Positions 1 through 9,783 are shown, counted from the first letter of the stretch. The stretch: DNA of 64,000 nucleotides from Burkholderiales bacterium (GCA_038204775.1 JBBRCN010000009.1:5489-69488); one strand, 5' to 3'. Numbers and translations are program-made. Notes: generated by a model not told the origin, from the letters alone.

Positions 1-756
1 TGCGGGCCCTGCAAGTCGCTCGGGCCGATTCTTGAGAAGCTGGCGCAGGAGTACGGCGGCGCCTTCGAGCTGGCCAAGATCAACACCGACGAAGCGCCCA
101 ACATCAGCGCCGCGTTGCGCATCAAGAGCATCCCGCTGGTGGTGCTCTTCATCGGCGGCCAGCCGGTGGACCAGTTCACCGGGGCGCTGCCGGCAGGCCA
201 GATCCGCGCCTTCCTGGACAAGCACCTGCAGCCGCCGGGTGACCCCATGGAAGAGATCCGCGCCGAAGCCGCGCAAGCCACGCCTGGAGAGGCCGAAGCC
301 CTGCTGGCCGAGGCGCTGCAGATGGTGCCCGGCCACCCCGACGCCACGGCCGACCTGGCCGAACGCTGGCTGGCACGTGCGGCAACGGTAGCCGAGGTGA
401 CGGCGCTGCTGGATGCGGTGCCGGATGAGGCACGAGGCGACCGCGATGCATCGCTGCGCAAGCGCCTGGTCATCCTGGCCAACCGCCCGGCCGGCGACCC
501 GGCTGCGCTGACGGCACGCATCGCGGCCAACGGCAAGGACTTCGAAGCCCGCTTTGCGCTGGCCGCGATCCAGGTCTTCAAAGGCGACTTCGCGGCAGCC
601 TTCGACCAGCTGCTGGAAGTGGTGCTGCGCGACAAGGCCGAAGGCAAGCCCGACCGCGAAAGCGCGCGCAAGCAGCTCATCGACTGGTTCGAAGCCTGCC
701 CCGATGCCGAAGCGGTCAGCCGCGGGCGGCGCTACCTGGGCATGTACCTGAACTGA
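1..756 (+). CDS. ybbN: Thioredoxin-domain/TPR co-chaperone (YbbN/CnoX family), 5'-truncated by window edge
   Basis: Frame opens at base 1 with CGPCK active-site motif; thioredoxin fold followed by TPR-like C-terminus (ARFALA...AFDQLLEVV...RRYL). Confidence 0.85.
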   Translation, partial: CGPCKSLGPILEKLAQEYGGAFELAKINTDEAPNISAALRIKSIPLVVLFIGGQPVDQFTGALPAGQIRAFLDKHLQPPGDPMEEIRAEAAQATPGEAEALLAEALQMVPGHPDATADLAERWLARAATVAEVTALLDAVPDEARGDRDASLRKRLVILANRPAGDPAALTARIAANGKDFEARFALAAIQVFKGDFAAAFDQLLEVVLRDKAEGKPDRESARKQLIDWFEACPDAEAVSRGRRYLGMYLN

Positions 757-781
757 CGCAGCACAGCCGGTCTGGCGCGGC

Positions 782-1349
782 CTACTCGATGTCCGGCGGC
801 GGCCGCCAATCGGCCAATGCCATCACGCGCCAGCGGCCGACACCTGCACGATCAGCAGCAGCACCGCCGCCGCCTTGCCCAGGTCGCCCAACAGTCGCAC
901 CAGCGCAAACACCAGCAGCAGGAAAGTCAGTGACGACACCGCCAGTGTCAGCGCAAAAAGGTCCGGCTGCGGCAGCGGCACCTTCTGCACGGCCACCAGC
1001 ATGACCAGCATGAGCAGCATCACCAGCGCCTGCAGCAGCACGGCCAGCGCAGGCAAGGCCAGCTTGCCGGCCACCTGCGCCGTGCGCGGCAGGCCGACCA
1101 GCGGCTGGGCGATGCGCCTGAAGTGCACCAGGAAGACGGCCATCACGGCCCCACCCACAGCGCCAGCGGCACGAAGTTGGGGGTGAGCGCCGTGCCGTTG
1201 TTGGGCACCGGCGCCACCACCTGCACCACCGCTTCATCCACACGCTGGGATGCGGCTTGCAGACGCTGGCTGCCTTCACGCGCGGCGTCCGGACCGGCCA
1301 CCAATTGGCGGCTGCGCAGCACCTCGCGTGCGGCGGGCCACCAGCCCAT
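782..1349 (-). pseudogene. Remnant of YhgE/Pip-family membrane protein (C-terminal part only, frameshifted)
   Basis: APVPNNGTALTPNFVPLALWVG in one frame continues as AVMAVFLVHFRR...LLLIVQVSAAGA in another; frameshift in G-run near 1149-1152; premature stop; N-terminal part absent. Confidence 0.65.
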
Positions 1350-1415
1350 GAATCACGACCCCGTGAAGACACGCGGCAGACCCGCGCCGGGGCAGTGTGC
1401 GCCGCAGCGTGTGTT

Positions 1416-4415
1416 TCAACTCAGACCAGCCAGCAACTCGGCGTTGCCGCCGGCAGCAGCGGTGTTGACGGTCACCGTCTGCTCGGCGCAGAAGCGGACC
1501 AGGTAGTGCGGCCCGCCGGCCTTGGGTCCGGTGCCGCTCAAGCCTTCACCGCCAAAGGGCTGCACGCCCACCACGGCGCCGATCATGTTGCGGTTGACGT
1601 AGACGTTGCCGATGCGCGCGGCGTCGGCCATGCGCTGCGCCCGGCTGTCGATGCGCGTCTGGATGCCCAGCGTCAGGCCGTAGCCCAGCTGGTTGATCTG
1701 CTGCACCACCTGCATGACGTCACCACCCCAGCGCACCACATGCAACACAGGGCCGAAGATCTCGGCCTTCAGGTCGGCGATGCGGCCTATCTCGAAGGCG
1801 ACGGGCGCGATCAGGCGCGGGAAGGTCGATGTCACCGCCGTTTCGCCCAGCAGCCGGGCTTCGCTTTTCAGGCGCTGCACATGCGCCTGAATGTCGGAGA
1901 AAGCCTCGTCGTCGATGACCGGGCCCACGTCGGTGGCCAGCAGCGACGGGTCGCCCACGTTCAGCTCTTGCATCGCACCGCGCAGCATTTCGATCACGCC
2001 GTCGAAAATTCCTTCGTGCACGCACAAGAGGCGCAGCGCACTGCAGCGCTGGCCAGCACTGCGGAAGGCACTTTGCACCACCGCGTCGATCACCTGTTCT
2101 GGCAGTGCGGTGCTGTCCACCACCATGGCGTTCAGGCCGCCGGTTTCTGCAACCAGCGGCACGATGGCACTGTCTTTGGCCGCCAGGGTTCGATTGATGA
2201 TGCGGGCGACCTGCGTGCTGCCGGTGAAACACACACCGGCCGTGTGCGGGTGGGCCACCAGCGCGGCGCCGACCGTCTCGCCCAGGCCATGCAACAGCGC
2301 CACGGCGTCGGTGGGCACACCCACTTCGTGCAGCAGGGCCACGAAGCGGCGTGCCACGGCCGGGGTCTGCTCGGCCGGCTTGGCGGCCACGGTGTTGCCC
2401 GCGACGAGTGCCGCCACCACCTGGCCGGCAAAGATGGCCAGCGGAAAGTTCCAGGGGCTGATGCAGACAAACACCCCACGCCCGTGCAGGCGCAGCACAT
2501 TGCTTTCGCCCGTGGGGCCGGGCAGGGTCTGGTCGGCCAGCCGGGCTTCGGCCTGGTTGGCGTAGTAGCGGCAGAAGTCCACCGCCTCGCGCACTTCGGC
2601 GACGCAGTCGCCCAGGGTCTTGTGCGCTTCTTTCACCAGCAGGCCGCAGTACTCGGGCAGGCGCGATTCCAGCTGGTCGGCGGCCTGGCGCAGCAGTGCG
2701 GCGCGGTCGGCCAGCGGGCGTGTCGACCAGGCTTCGAAGCCCGCGTGCAGACGGGTCATCGTGGCGCCAACTTCGTCGGCGCTGGCCATGGCGACGGCTT
2801 CGATGCGCGTGGCCGCCAGGGCCGCATCCAGCGGTGCGCGCATGGCCAGGCAGGCCAGGTCGGCGCCGGTGGAATTGCGCCGGCAGTCGCCGTACAGCGC
2901 GACTGGCAGCGGAAACGGCAGTGGCAGCGGCAGGGCTTGCGCAGTGGACGCCGCCAGCGGCGAAGCCAGCAGCACTTCAGCGCTGACCATCTCGTCGGCC
3001 AACTGGTGCACGAAGGACGAGTTGGCGCCGTTTTCCAGCAGCCGCCGCACCAGGTAGGCCAACAGGTCGCGGTGTTCGCCCACGGGCGCGTAGATGCGGC
3101 AGGGCACTGACGCATCCTTCAGTACCTCACGGTACACGCCTTCTCCCATGCCGTGCAGGCGCTGCATCTCGAAGGCCGCGCCTTGCTGGCGGGCCAGTTG
3201 CAGGATGGCGGCGATGGTGCCGGCGTTGTGGGTGGCGAACTGCGGGTAGATCACCGCGTGGTGGTTCACCAGCCGCTCGGCGCAAGCCAGGTAGCTGATG
3301 TCGGTGTGGTGTTTGTGCGTAAAGACCGGATAGCCCGGCAGACCCGCTTCCTGTGCCCGTTTGACTTCACCGTCCCAGTAGGCGCCTTTGACCAGGCGCA
3401 CCATGAAACGCAGGCCGTGCTGCCTGGCAATGCGTGCGACTTCATCCACCACATCCAGCGCGCGTGTCTGGTAGGCCTGCACCGCCAGGCCGAAGCCTTG
3501 CCACTGCGGGTGGGCCTTGGCGATGTGCGCGGCCAGTGTGTCCAGCAGGTCGAGCGAGATTTCGAGGCGGTCGCTTTCTTCGGCGTCGATGGTCAGGTTG
3601 ATGTTGCCGCGAGCCGCCTGGTCCACCAGGCTTTGCACACGCGGCAGCAGTTCGGCAAAGACACGGTCGCGCTGCGCGTCTTCGTAGCGCGAGAACAGGG
3701 CACTCAGCTTGATGCTGATGCCGTCCGCCGCCATCGGCGACGCAGCAACCTTGCCCCCGGCGATGGCCGTGATGGCGTTGCGGTAGCTGGCCAGGTAGCG
3801 CTCGGCGTCACGCTCGGTGCGCGCACCTTCGCCCAGCATGTCGTAGCTGAAGGACAGCCGGTTCATGGCCTTGCGCTGCGACGCGGCTTCAGCCATCGCT
3901 TCGTGGATCGTGCGCCCCAGCACAAATTGCCGCCCCAGCAGCTGGATGGCACGCACCGTGGCCGCCACCACCGTGCGCGAGCCCAGGCGCTGCAGCAGCC
4001 CCGGCGGGTTTTCACTCTCCGGCAAGAAGCGCTTGCTCAGCGCGATGGCGCTGGCACTGATCTGCGCCAGCATCTTGTGCGGGCTGCCTTCGGCGCCGGC
4101 GGCGTCGAACTCACCGCGCCCCAGTTGATCGGCGGTGAGCGCGATCGCCGTTTCGGCATCCGGCACCCGCAACAACGCTTCGGCCAGCCGCATCAGCGCC
4201 AGCCCTTCGGCGCTGCTGATCGGGTACTCGCGCAGCAGGCTTTCCATGGCCCAGAAGGGCACGGGCTGTTCGCGCACCGACTGCACCCAGGGCCGCGCTG
4301 CGGCCACCACGGCCGGCCAGTCCAGCCGGCCCTGCAGGCTGACCAATGAGGGGGCAATGACCTCGGCTTCAGGGCGGTAGGGCAAGGGCAGGCGTGCGGT
4401 GCGAACAGGACTCAT
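1416..4415 (-). CDS. putA: Bifunctional proline dehydrogenase / L-glutamate-gamma-semialdehyde dehydrogenase
   Basis: PRODH motifs (YDMLGEGA, RLVKGAYWD, FATHN, RRLLENGANSSF) plus ALDH motifs (ISPWNFP, FTGST, ETGG, SAGQRCS, EIFGPV). Confidence 0.97.
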   Translation of the reverse strand: MSPVRTARLPLPYRPEAEVIAPSLVSLQGRLDWPAVVAAARPWVQSVREQPVPFWAMESLLREYPISSAEGLALMRLAEALLRVPDAETAIALTADQLGRGEFDAAGAEGSPHKMLAQISASAIALSKRFLPESENPPGLLQRLGSRTVVAATVRAIQLLGRQFVLGRTIHEAMAEAASQRKAMNRLSFSYDMLGEGARTERDAERYLASYRNAITAIAGGKVAASPMAADGISIKLSALFSRYEDAQRDRVFAELLPRVQSLVDQAARGNINLTIDAEESDRLEISLDLLDTLAAHIAKAHPQWQGFGLAVQAYQTRALDVVDEVARIARQHGLRFMVRLVKGAYWDGEVKRAQEAGLPGYPVFTHKHHTDISYLACAERLVNHHAVIYPQFATHNAGTIAAILQLARQQGAAFEMQRLHGMGEGVYREVLKDASVPCRIYAPVGEHRDLLAYLVRRLLENGANSSFVHQLADEMVSAEVLLASPLAASTAQALPLPLPFPLPVALYGDCRRNSTGADLACLAMRAPLDAALAATRIEAVAMASADEVGATMTRLHAGFEAWSTRPLADRAALLRQAADQLESRLPEYCGLLVKEAHKTLGDCVAEVREAVDFCRYYANQAEARLADQTLPGPTGESNVLRLHGRGVFVCISPWNFPLAIFAGQVVAALVAGNTVAAKPAEQTPAVARRFVALLHEVGVPTDAVALLHGLGETVGAALVAHPHTAGVCFTGSTQVARIINRTLAAKDSAIVPLVAETGGLNAMVVDSTALPEQVIDAVVQSAFRSAGQRCSALRLLCVHEGIFDGVIEMLRGAMQELNVGDPSLLATDVGPVIDDEAFSDIQAHVQRLKSEARLLGETAVTSTFPRLIAPVAFEIGRIADLKAEIFGPVLHVVRWGGDVMQVVQQINQLGYGLTLGIQTRIDSRAQRMADAARIGNVYVNRNMIGAVVGVQPFGGEGLSGTGPKAGGPHYLVRFCAEQTVTVNTAAAGGNAELLAGLS

Positions 4416-4514
4416 GGGGTCTTCCAGGTGGGCCGGGCGATGGTTGCGCAGCTTAGGTGGGGCCGGGCCGAACCGGATTCGGAAGATGGCCGCGTTGGCA
4501 GAGAATCATTCGCC

Positions 4515-5009
4515 ATGAATCTGCCCGAATCCCACGCCCAGCGCAACGACCGCGGCCTGGACAAGATCGATCTGCGCATCCTGCGGGTGCTGCAGGCCGA
4601 CGGTCGCATCAGCAACCTCAAGCTGGCCGAAGAGGTGCACCTGTCACCCACCGCCGTGCTGGAACGTGTAAAGCGCCTGCACCGCGAAAACTACATCCTG
4701 GGGTACGAAGCCAGGCTCAACCCGGTGAAGCTGGGCGCGGGCCTGCTGGTGTTTGTCGAGATCCTGCTCGACCGCACCGTGCACGACGTGATGGACACCT
4801 TCAAGGCCGCCGTGCAGGTGCGCCCCGAGATCCTGGAAGCGCACCTGGTGGCGGGTGGCTTCGACTACCTGCTGAAGACCCGTGTGGCTGACATGGCCGC
4901 CTACCGCGAATTCATCGGCAGCGTGATCTGGACCTTGCCCGGCGTGCGCGAGACGCGCACCTACGCGGTGATGGAAGAGGTCAAGCACAGCAGCATGCTG
5001 CCGGTTTGA
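4515..5009 (+). CDS. putR: Lrp/AsnC-family regulator, divergent from putA
   Basis: LDKIDLRIL..LQADGRISNLKLAEEVHLSPT HTH; GGFDYLLK; ETRTYAVMEEVK; synteny with putA. Confidence 0.9.
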   Translation: MNLPESHAQRNDRGLDKIDLRILRVLQADGRISNLKLAEEVHLSPTAVLERVKRLHRENYILGYEARLNPVKLGAGLLVFVEILLDRTVHDVMDTFKAAVQVRPEILEAHLVAGGFDYLLKTRVADMAAYREFIGSVIWTLPGVRETRTYAVMEEVKHSSMLPV

Positions 5010-5019
5010 CCGTGGGCAC

Positions 5020-5061
5020 AGAAACTGGGCCTTAGAAACAGGGCCCCAGAAACAGGGCCCC
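5020..5061. repeat. Tandem repeat, 14-bp unit x3 (AGAAACAGGGCCCC)
   Basis: agaaactgggcctt/agaaacagggcccc/agaaacagggcccc read directly. Confidence 0.85.
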
Positions 5062-5141
5062 CGAGCTCGCTTGCGCTCGCTACCCCCCCGAGGGGGGCTT
5101 CCGCTGACGGACCGGCGGAGCCGGATCCGTGGCGGGAAGCT
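5058..5141 (+). repeat. REP-like palindromic element, copy A
   Basis: CCCCC-gagctcgc..cgctcgctaCCCCCCCGAGGGGGG followed by long hairpin with core ccggcggagccgg; homologous to copies at 7441, 8702, 9736. Confidence 0.75.
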
Positions 5142-5159
5142 GGGTCGGCCTGGCGGCCT

Positions 5160-5460
5160 GCTCGGACAGCCCTGGCCCAACTCGCAGCCCCGCTCCAGCA
5201 GCTGCGCCACCTGGTCGGCACTTTCTATGCCCTCGGTCACCACCGCCTTGCGCAACGTGCTGCCCAGCTGCACGATGGCCGCGACGACGACTGAGTCGGC
5301 CGAGTTGCGGCGCAGCTGGTGCACAAAGCTGCGGTCGATCTTGATGCTGTCGATGGGATGACGGCTCAGATGGCTGAGGCTGGCCAAGCCTGCAGCGGCA
5401 AACTGGCCACCTGCAGCACAAAGCCCAGCAGCGTGACCGTGCCCAGCACATCCACGGTCC
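5160..5460 (-). pseudogene. EAL (c-di-GMP phosphodiesterase) domain C-terminal relic
   Basis: SLSHLSRHPIDSIKIDRSFV...AIVQLGSTLRKAVVTEGIE...GCELGQG; DDFGTG motif and all upstream sequence degenerate or missing. Confidence 0.75.
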
Positions 5461-5551
5461 ACAGTAGGCCGTGGCCTTGCCGTTGTAGTCGGGGATCAAC
5501 GCCCAATGCGGCCCACTGGGCCCGGCGGCCGTGCGGGGTGTGGCCGATTTT

Positions 5552-6247
5552 TCACTGGCGTTGGCCGAACAGCGCGCTGCCTACGCGCACCATCGTGCTG
5601 CCTTCGGCCACGGCAGCCTCCAGGTCGGCGCTCATGCCCATCGACAAGGTGTCCAGCACCAGGCCGCGGGCGCACAAAACTTCCAGGCACTGCCGCACCT
5701 GGCGGTGGGCCGCACGCTGGGCTGCGAAATCGTCGCTGGGCTCGGGAATGCTCATCAGGCCGCGCAGTTGCACGCGCGCGGCCGGCAAGGCAGCCACGGC
5801 CTGCGCCAGCGCCGGCAAATCGGCTGGCGCGACGCCGCTTTTGCTGGCCTGGCCACTGACATTGACCTGCAGGCACAGCTGCAGTGGCGGCAGCTGTGGC
5901 GGGCGCTGCTCGGCCAGGCGCTGCGCGATCTTCAGCCGGTCCACGGTGTGCACCCAGTCGAAGGTCTCGGCCACGGCGCGCGTCTTGTTGCTTTGCAGCG
6001 GGCCGATCAAGTGCCACTGCAGCAGCGGTCGCAGGTCGGCGAGTTCCTCGATCTTGGCCAAGGCTTCCTGCACGTAGTTCTCGCCGAAGGCCGCCTGGCC
6101 GCAGGCCTGGGCCTGGCGCACCACCTCGGCGCCAAAGGTCTTGCTCACGGCCAGCAGTGTGACGCTGTTGGCATCTCGATGGACCTCAGCGCAGGCCTGG
6201 GCGATGCGGCGCTTCACTTCTTGCAGGTTGCTTCCGATGCTGCCCAT
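5552..6247 (-). CDS. yggS: PLP homeostasis protein YggS
   Basis: LLAVSKTF, FGENYVQE, WHLIGPLQSNK, LSMGMSADLEAAVAEGSTMVRVGSALFG; divergent from pilT as usual. Confidence 0.95.
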   Translation of the reverse strand: MGSIGSNLQEVKRRIAQACAEVHRDANSVTLLAVSKTFGAEVVRQAQACGQAAFGENYVQEALAKIEELADLRPLLQWHLIGPLQSNKTRAVAETFDWVHTVDRLKIAQRLAEQRPPQLPPLQLCLQVNVSGQASKSGVAPADLPALAQAVAALPAARVQLRGLMSIPEPSDDFAAQRAAHRQVRQCLEVLCARGLVLDTLSMGMSADLEAAVAEGSTMVRVGSALFGQRQ

Positions 6248-6263
6248 AATCCCCCGAGGTCCC

Positions 6264-6311
6264 CTCGATTCCCTGCTCGACACCCTGCTCGATACCCTGC
6301 TCGATACCCCT
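6264..6311. repeat. Tandem repeat, 12-bp unit x4 (CTCGATACCCTG) in the yggS-pilT divergent intergenic region
   Basis: ctcgattccctg/ctcgacaccctg/ctcgataccctg/ctcgatacccct. Confidence 0.9.
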
Positions 6312-6372
6312 TTGCGGCACCGTTGCGCGCTGCATTCTGAACCGCTGGTGCACGCCGGCCGAACCCCAATCC

Positions 6373-7416
6373 ATGGACATCACCCAGCTGCTGGCCTTTT
6401 CAGTCAAGAACAAGGCTTCCGACCTGCACCTGTCGGCGGGCTTGCCGCCCATGATCCGGGTGCACGGCGACGTGCGGCGCATCAACGTCGAGGCACTGGA
6501 CCACAAGGCGGTCCACGCCATGGTGTACGACATCATGAACGACTCGCAGCGCAAGCACTACGAAGACACGCTGGAGTGCGACTTCTCTTTCGAGATCCAG
6601 GGCCTGGCGCGCTTTCGCGTGAATGCGTTCAATCAGAACAGAGGCGCCGGCGCGGTGTTCCGCACCATCCCGAGCAAGATCCTGACGCTGGAACAGCTGG
6701 GCACGCCCAGGGTGTTTGCCGAACTCGCACTGCGGCCGCGTGGCATGGTGCTGGTCACCGGGCCAACCGGTTCGGGCAAGAGCACCACGCTGGCGGCGAT
6801 GGTCAACCACCTGAATGAAAACGAGTACGGCCACGTGCTGACGGTCGAAGACCCGATCGAATTTGTGCACGAAAGCAAAAAGTGTCTGATCAATCAACGC
6901 GAGGTGGGCCCGCACACGCTGAGCTTCAACAACGCGCTGCGCAGTGCGCTGCGTGAAGATCCCGACGCCATCCTGGTGGGAGAATTGCGTGACCTCGAAA
7001 CCATCCGCCTGGCGCTGACCGCCTCCGAGACCGGCCATCTGGTGTTCGGCACCCTGCACACCAGCAGCGCGGCCAAGACCATCGACCGGGTGGTGGACGT
7101 GTTCCCGGCGGCAGAAAAAGAAATGGTGCGCGCGATGTTGTCCGAATCGCTGGTGGCCGTGATCTCGCAGACGCTGTGCAAGCTGAAGGACGGCAGCGGC
7201 CGCGTGGCTGCGCACGAGATCATGCTGGGCACCAGCGCCATCAAGAACCTGATCCGCGAGAACAAGATCGCGCAGATGTACAGCTCCATTCAGACCGGCC
7301 AGAACCTGGGCATGCAGACGCTGGACCAGAACCTGGCCGACCTGGTGCGGCGCAACTTGATCTCTCCAGCCGAAGCCCGCGCCAAGGCGAAAATCCCCGA
7401 AAACTTTCCAGGGTGA
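6373..7416 (+). CDS. pilT: Type IV pilus retraction ATPase PilT
   Basis: MDITQLLAFSVKNKASDLHLSAG, GPTGSGKSTT, LREDPD, TLHTSSAAKTIDR, AIKNLIRE. Confidence 0.97.
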   Translation: MDITQLLAFSVKNKASDLHLSAGLPPMIRVHGDVRRINVEALDHKAVHAMVYDIMNDSQRKHYEDTLECDFSFEIQGLARFRVNAFNQNRGAGAVFRTIPSKILTLEQLGTPRVFAELALRPRGMVLVTGPTGSGKSTTLAAMVNHLNENEYGHVLTVEDPIEFVHESKKCLINQREVGPHTLSFNNALRSALREDPDAILVGELRDLETIRLALTASETGHLVFGTLHTSSAAKTIDRVVDVFPAAEKEMVRAMLSESLVAVISQTLCKLKDGSGRVAAHEIMLGTSAIKNLIRENKIAQMYSSIQTGQNLGMQTLDQNLADLVRRNLISPAEARAKAKIPENFPG

Positions 7417-7440
7417 CACCGCGATGCTGAATACACGATC

Positions 7441-7525
7441 AAGCTTCCCGGCGCGGAACCGGCTTCGCCGGGCCGCTGCCGGACGGCCCCCTCGGGGGGT
7501 AGCGAGCGTCAGCGAGCTTGGGGGC
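7441..7525 (-). repeat. REP-like palindromic element, copy B (between pilT and pilU)
   Basis: Reverse complement CCCCCaagctcgctgacgctcgctaCCCCCCGAGGGGG...ccggcgaagccggttccgcg aligns with copies A and C. Confidence 0.75.
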
Positions 7526-7531
7526 TAACAG

Positions 7532-8668
7532 ATGGAACGCGACCAGGCATCGAAGTTCGTCAACGATTTGCTGCGCTTGATGGTCAGCCGCAATGGCAGC
7601 GACCTCTTTTTGACGGCCGACTTTCCGCCCGCCATCAAGGTGGACGGCAAGGTCACGAAGGTCAGTCCGCAACCGCTCACCGGCCAGCACACGCTGGCGC
7701 TGACCCGTGCGGTGATGAACGACAAGCAGGGCGCGGAGTTCGAACGCACCAAGGAATGCAACTTCGCGATCAGCCCGCAGGGCGTGGGGCGCTTTCGCGT
7801 GAATGCCTTTGTGCAGCAGGGCCATGTGGGGCTGGTGTTCCGCACCATCCCGGCCACGCTGCCCACCATCGACGGACTGGGCCTGCCGGTGGTGCTGAAA
7901 GAAGTGAGCCTCACGAAACGCGGCCTGGTCATCTTTGTCGGCGCCACGGGCTCGGGCAAAAGCACCTCGCTGGCGGCCATCGTGGACCACCGCAACGAAC
8001 ATTCCTACGGCCACATCATCACGGTCGAAGACCCGGTGGAGTTTGTGCACGCGCACAAGAACTGCATCATCACGCAGCGTGAACTGGGCATCGATACCGA
8101 CAGCTGGGAAGCCGCGCTGAAGAACACGCTGCGCCAGGCACCTGACGTCATCATGATGGGCGAAATCCGCGACCGCGAGACCATGGAACACGCCGTGGCC
8201 TTTGCAGAGACCGGCCACCTGTGCCTGGCCACGCTGCACGCCAACAGTGCCAACCAGGCGCTGGACCGCATCATCAACTTCTTCCCCGAAGAGCGGCGCC
8301 AGCAACTGCTGATGGACCTGTCGCTGAACCTGAAGGCCCTGGTCAGCCAGCGACTGATTCCGCGCGAACAGGGCCGCGGCCGCGTGGCGGCGGTAGAGGT
8401 ACTGCTCAACACACCGCTGGTGGGTGATCTGATCTTCAAGGGCGAAATCGCCGAGATCAAGGAACTGATGAAACGCAGCCGCGAACTGGGCATGCAGACC
8501 TTCGACCAGAGCCTTTTCGACCTGTACGAAAACCGCCACGTCACCTACGACGACGCGCTGCGCAACGCCGACAGCGTGAACGACCTGCGGCTGCAGATCA
8601 AGCTGCAAAGTGCGCGTGCGCGCAACACCGATCTGGCAGCCGGCACCGAGCACATGAAGGTGGTGTAG
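7532..8668 (+). CDS. pilU: Type IV pilus ATPase PilU
   Basis: GATGSGKSTS, LRQAPD, TLHANSANQALDRIINFFP, NADSVNDLRLQIKL. Confidence 0.96.
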   Translation: MERDQASKFVNDLLRLMVSRNGSDLFLTADFPPAIKVDGKVTKVSPQPLTGQHTLALTRAVMNDKQGAEFERTKECNFAISPQGVGRFRVNAFVQQGHVGLVFRTIPATLPTIDGLGLPVVLKEVSLTKRGLVIFVGATGSGKSTSLAAIVDHRNEHSYGHIITVEDPVEFVHAHKNCIITQRELGIDTDSWEAALKNTLRQAPDVIMMGEIRDRETMEHAVAFAETGHLCLATLHANSANQALDRIINFFPEERRQQLLMDLSLNLKALVSQRLIPREQGRGRVAAVEVLLNTPLVGDLIFKGEIAEIKELMKRSRELGMQTFDQSLFDLYENRHVTYDDALRNADSVNDLRLQIKLQSARARNTDLAAGTEHMKVV

Positions 8669-8669
8669 G

Positions 8670-8785
8670 CCCCCAGGCTTGTCGCTTCGCGGGGACTTCA
8701 GCCCCCAGGCTTGTCGCTTCGCGCCTTCGCCACCCCCCGAGGGGGCTCTTGCAGCGGCCCGGCGAAGCCGGTTCCGCGCAAGGCC
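8670..8785 (+). repeat. REP-like palindromic element, copy C, with duplicated 5' end
   Basis: cccccaggcttgtcgcttcgc occurs twice (8670, 8702), then CCCCCCGAGGGGG and ccggcgaagccggttccgcg. Confidence 0.75.
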
Positions 8786-8838
8786 TTGGTCGCGTTGCCT
8801 CAGCGGCGGGGCGGCCGGTTCATGGCAGCATCCGGGTC

Positions 8839-9735
8839 ATGAACACACGCACTTACGAAGCTGCACCGTCCCGCCGCGTGGCCTTTCTGGGCCTGGGCGT
8901 CATGGGCCACCCGATGGCCGGCCACCTGGCCCGGGCCGGGCACTTGGTCACCGTCTACAACCGCACACCGGCGAAGGCGGCGGCCTGGGTGGCCGAGTAC
9001 GGCGGCGCTTGTGCCGCCACGCCGCGTGAAGCTGCAGCCGGCGCCGACATCGTCTTTGCTTGCGTCGGCAACGACGCCGACCTGCGCAGCGTGACGCTGG
9101 GGGCGGACGGTGCTTTTGCCGGCATGAAGGCTGGCGCCGTGTTCGTTGACCACACCACGGCTTCGGCCGAGGTGGCACGCGAACTGGCCGCTGCCGCGCA
9201 CACGATCGGCCTGCACTTCATCGACGCCCCGGTCTCGGGCGGCCAGGCCGGTGCCGTCAACGGCGCGCTGACCGTGATGTGCGGAGGTGAAACCGAACCC
9301 TTCGACCGCATCCAAGCCGTGGCGCTGAACTTCGCCAAAGCGGTGACGCTGCTGGGCGCCAGCGGCAGTGGCCAGCTGGCCAAGATGGTCAACCAGATCT
9401 GCATCGCCGGCCTGGTGCAAGGCTTGTCCGAAGCCCTGGCCTTTGGTCAGCGTGCGGGGCTGGACATGCCGCAGGTGCTGGACGTCATCGGCAAGGGTGC
9501 GGCACAAAGCTGGCAGATGGACAACCGGGGCAAGACCATGCTGCAGGGCCAGTTCAACTTCGGCTTCGCCGTGGACTGGATGCGCAAGGACCTGGGTCTG
9601 GTGATGGACGAAGCGCAGCGCAACGGCGCCCAGCTGCCGGTGACCACGCTGGTGGACCAGTTCTACGCCGAGGTGCAGGCGCTGGGCGGCTCGCGCTGGG
9701 ACACGTCCAGCCTCATTCAGCGGTTGAAAATTTAG
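8839..9735 (+). CDS. NAD(P)-dependent oxidoreductase, 3-hydroxyisobutyrate dehydrogenase / GarR family
   Basis: FLGLGVMG, YNRT, DAPVSGG, GQLAKMVNQI, MRKDL. Confidence 0.92.
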   Translation: MNTRTYEAAPSRRVAFLGLGVMGHPMAGHLARAGHLVTVYNRTPAKAAAWVAEYGGACAATPREAAAGADIVFACVGNDADLRSVTLGADGAFAGMKAGAVFVDHTTASAEVARELAAAAHTIGLHFIDAPVSGGQAGAVNGALTVMCGGETEPFDRIQAVALNFAKAVTLLGASGSGQLAKMVNQICIAGLVQGLSEALAFGQRAGLDMPQVLDVIGKGAAQSWQMDNRGKTMLQGQFNFGFAVDWMRKDLGLVMDEAQRNGAQLPVTTLVDQFYAEVQALGGSRWDTSSLIQRLKI

Positions 9736-9780
9736 CCCCCCAGCTCGCTTTGCTTGCGCCCCCCGAAGGGGTGCGTTCCG
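9736..9780 (+). repeat. Truncated REP-like element, copy D
   Basis: ttag-CCCCCCagctcgctttgcttgcgCCCCCCGAAGGGG. Confidence 0.6.
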
Positions 9781-9783
9781 AGG

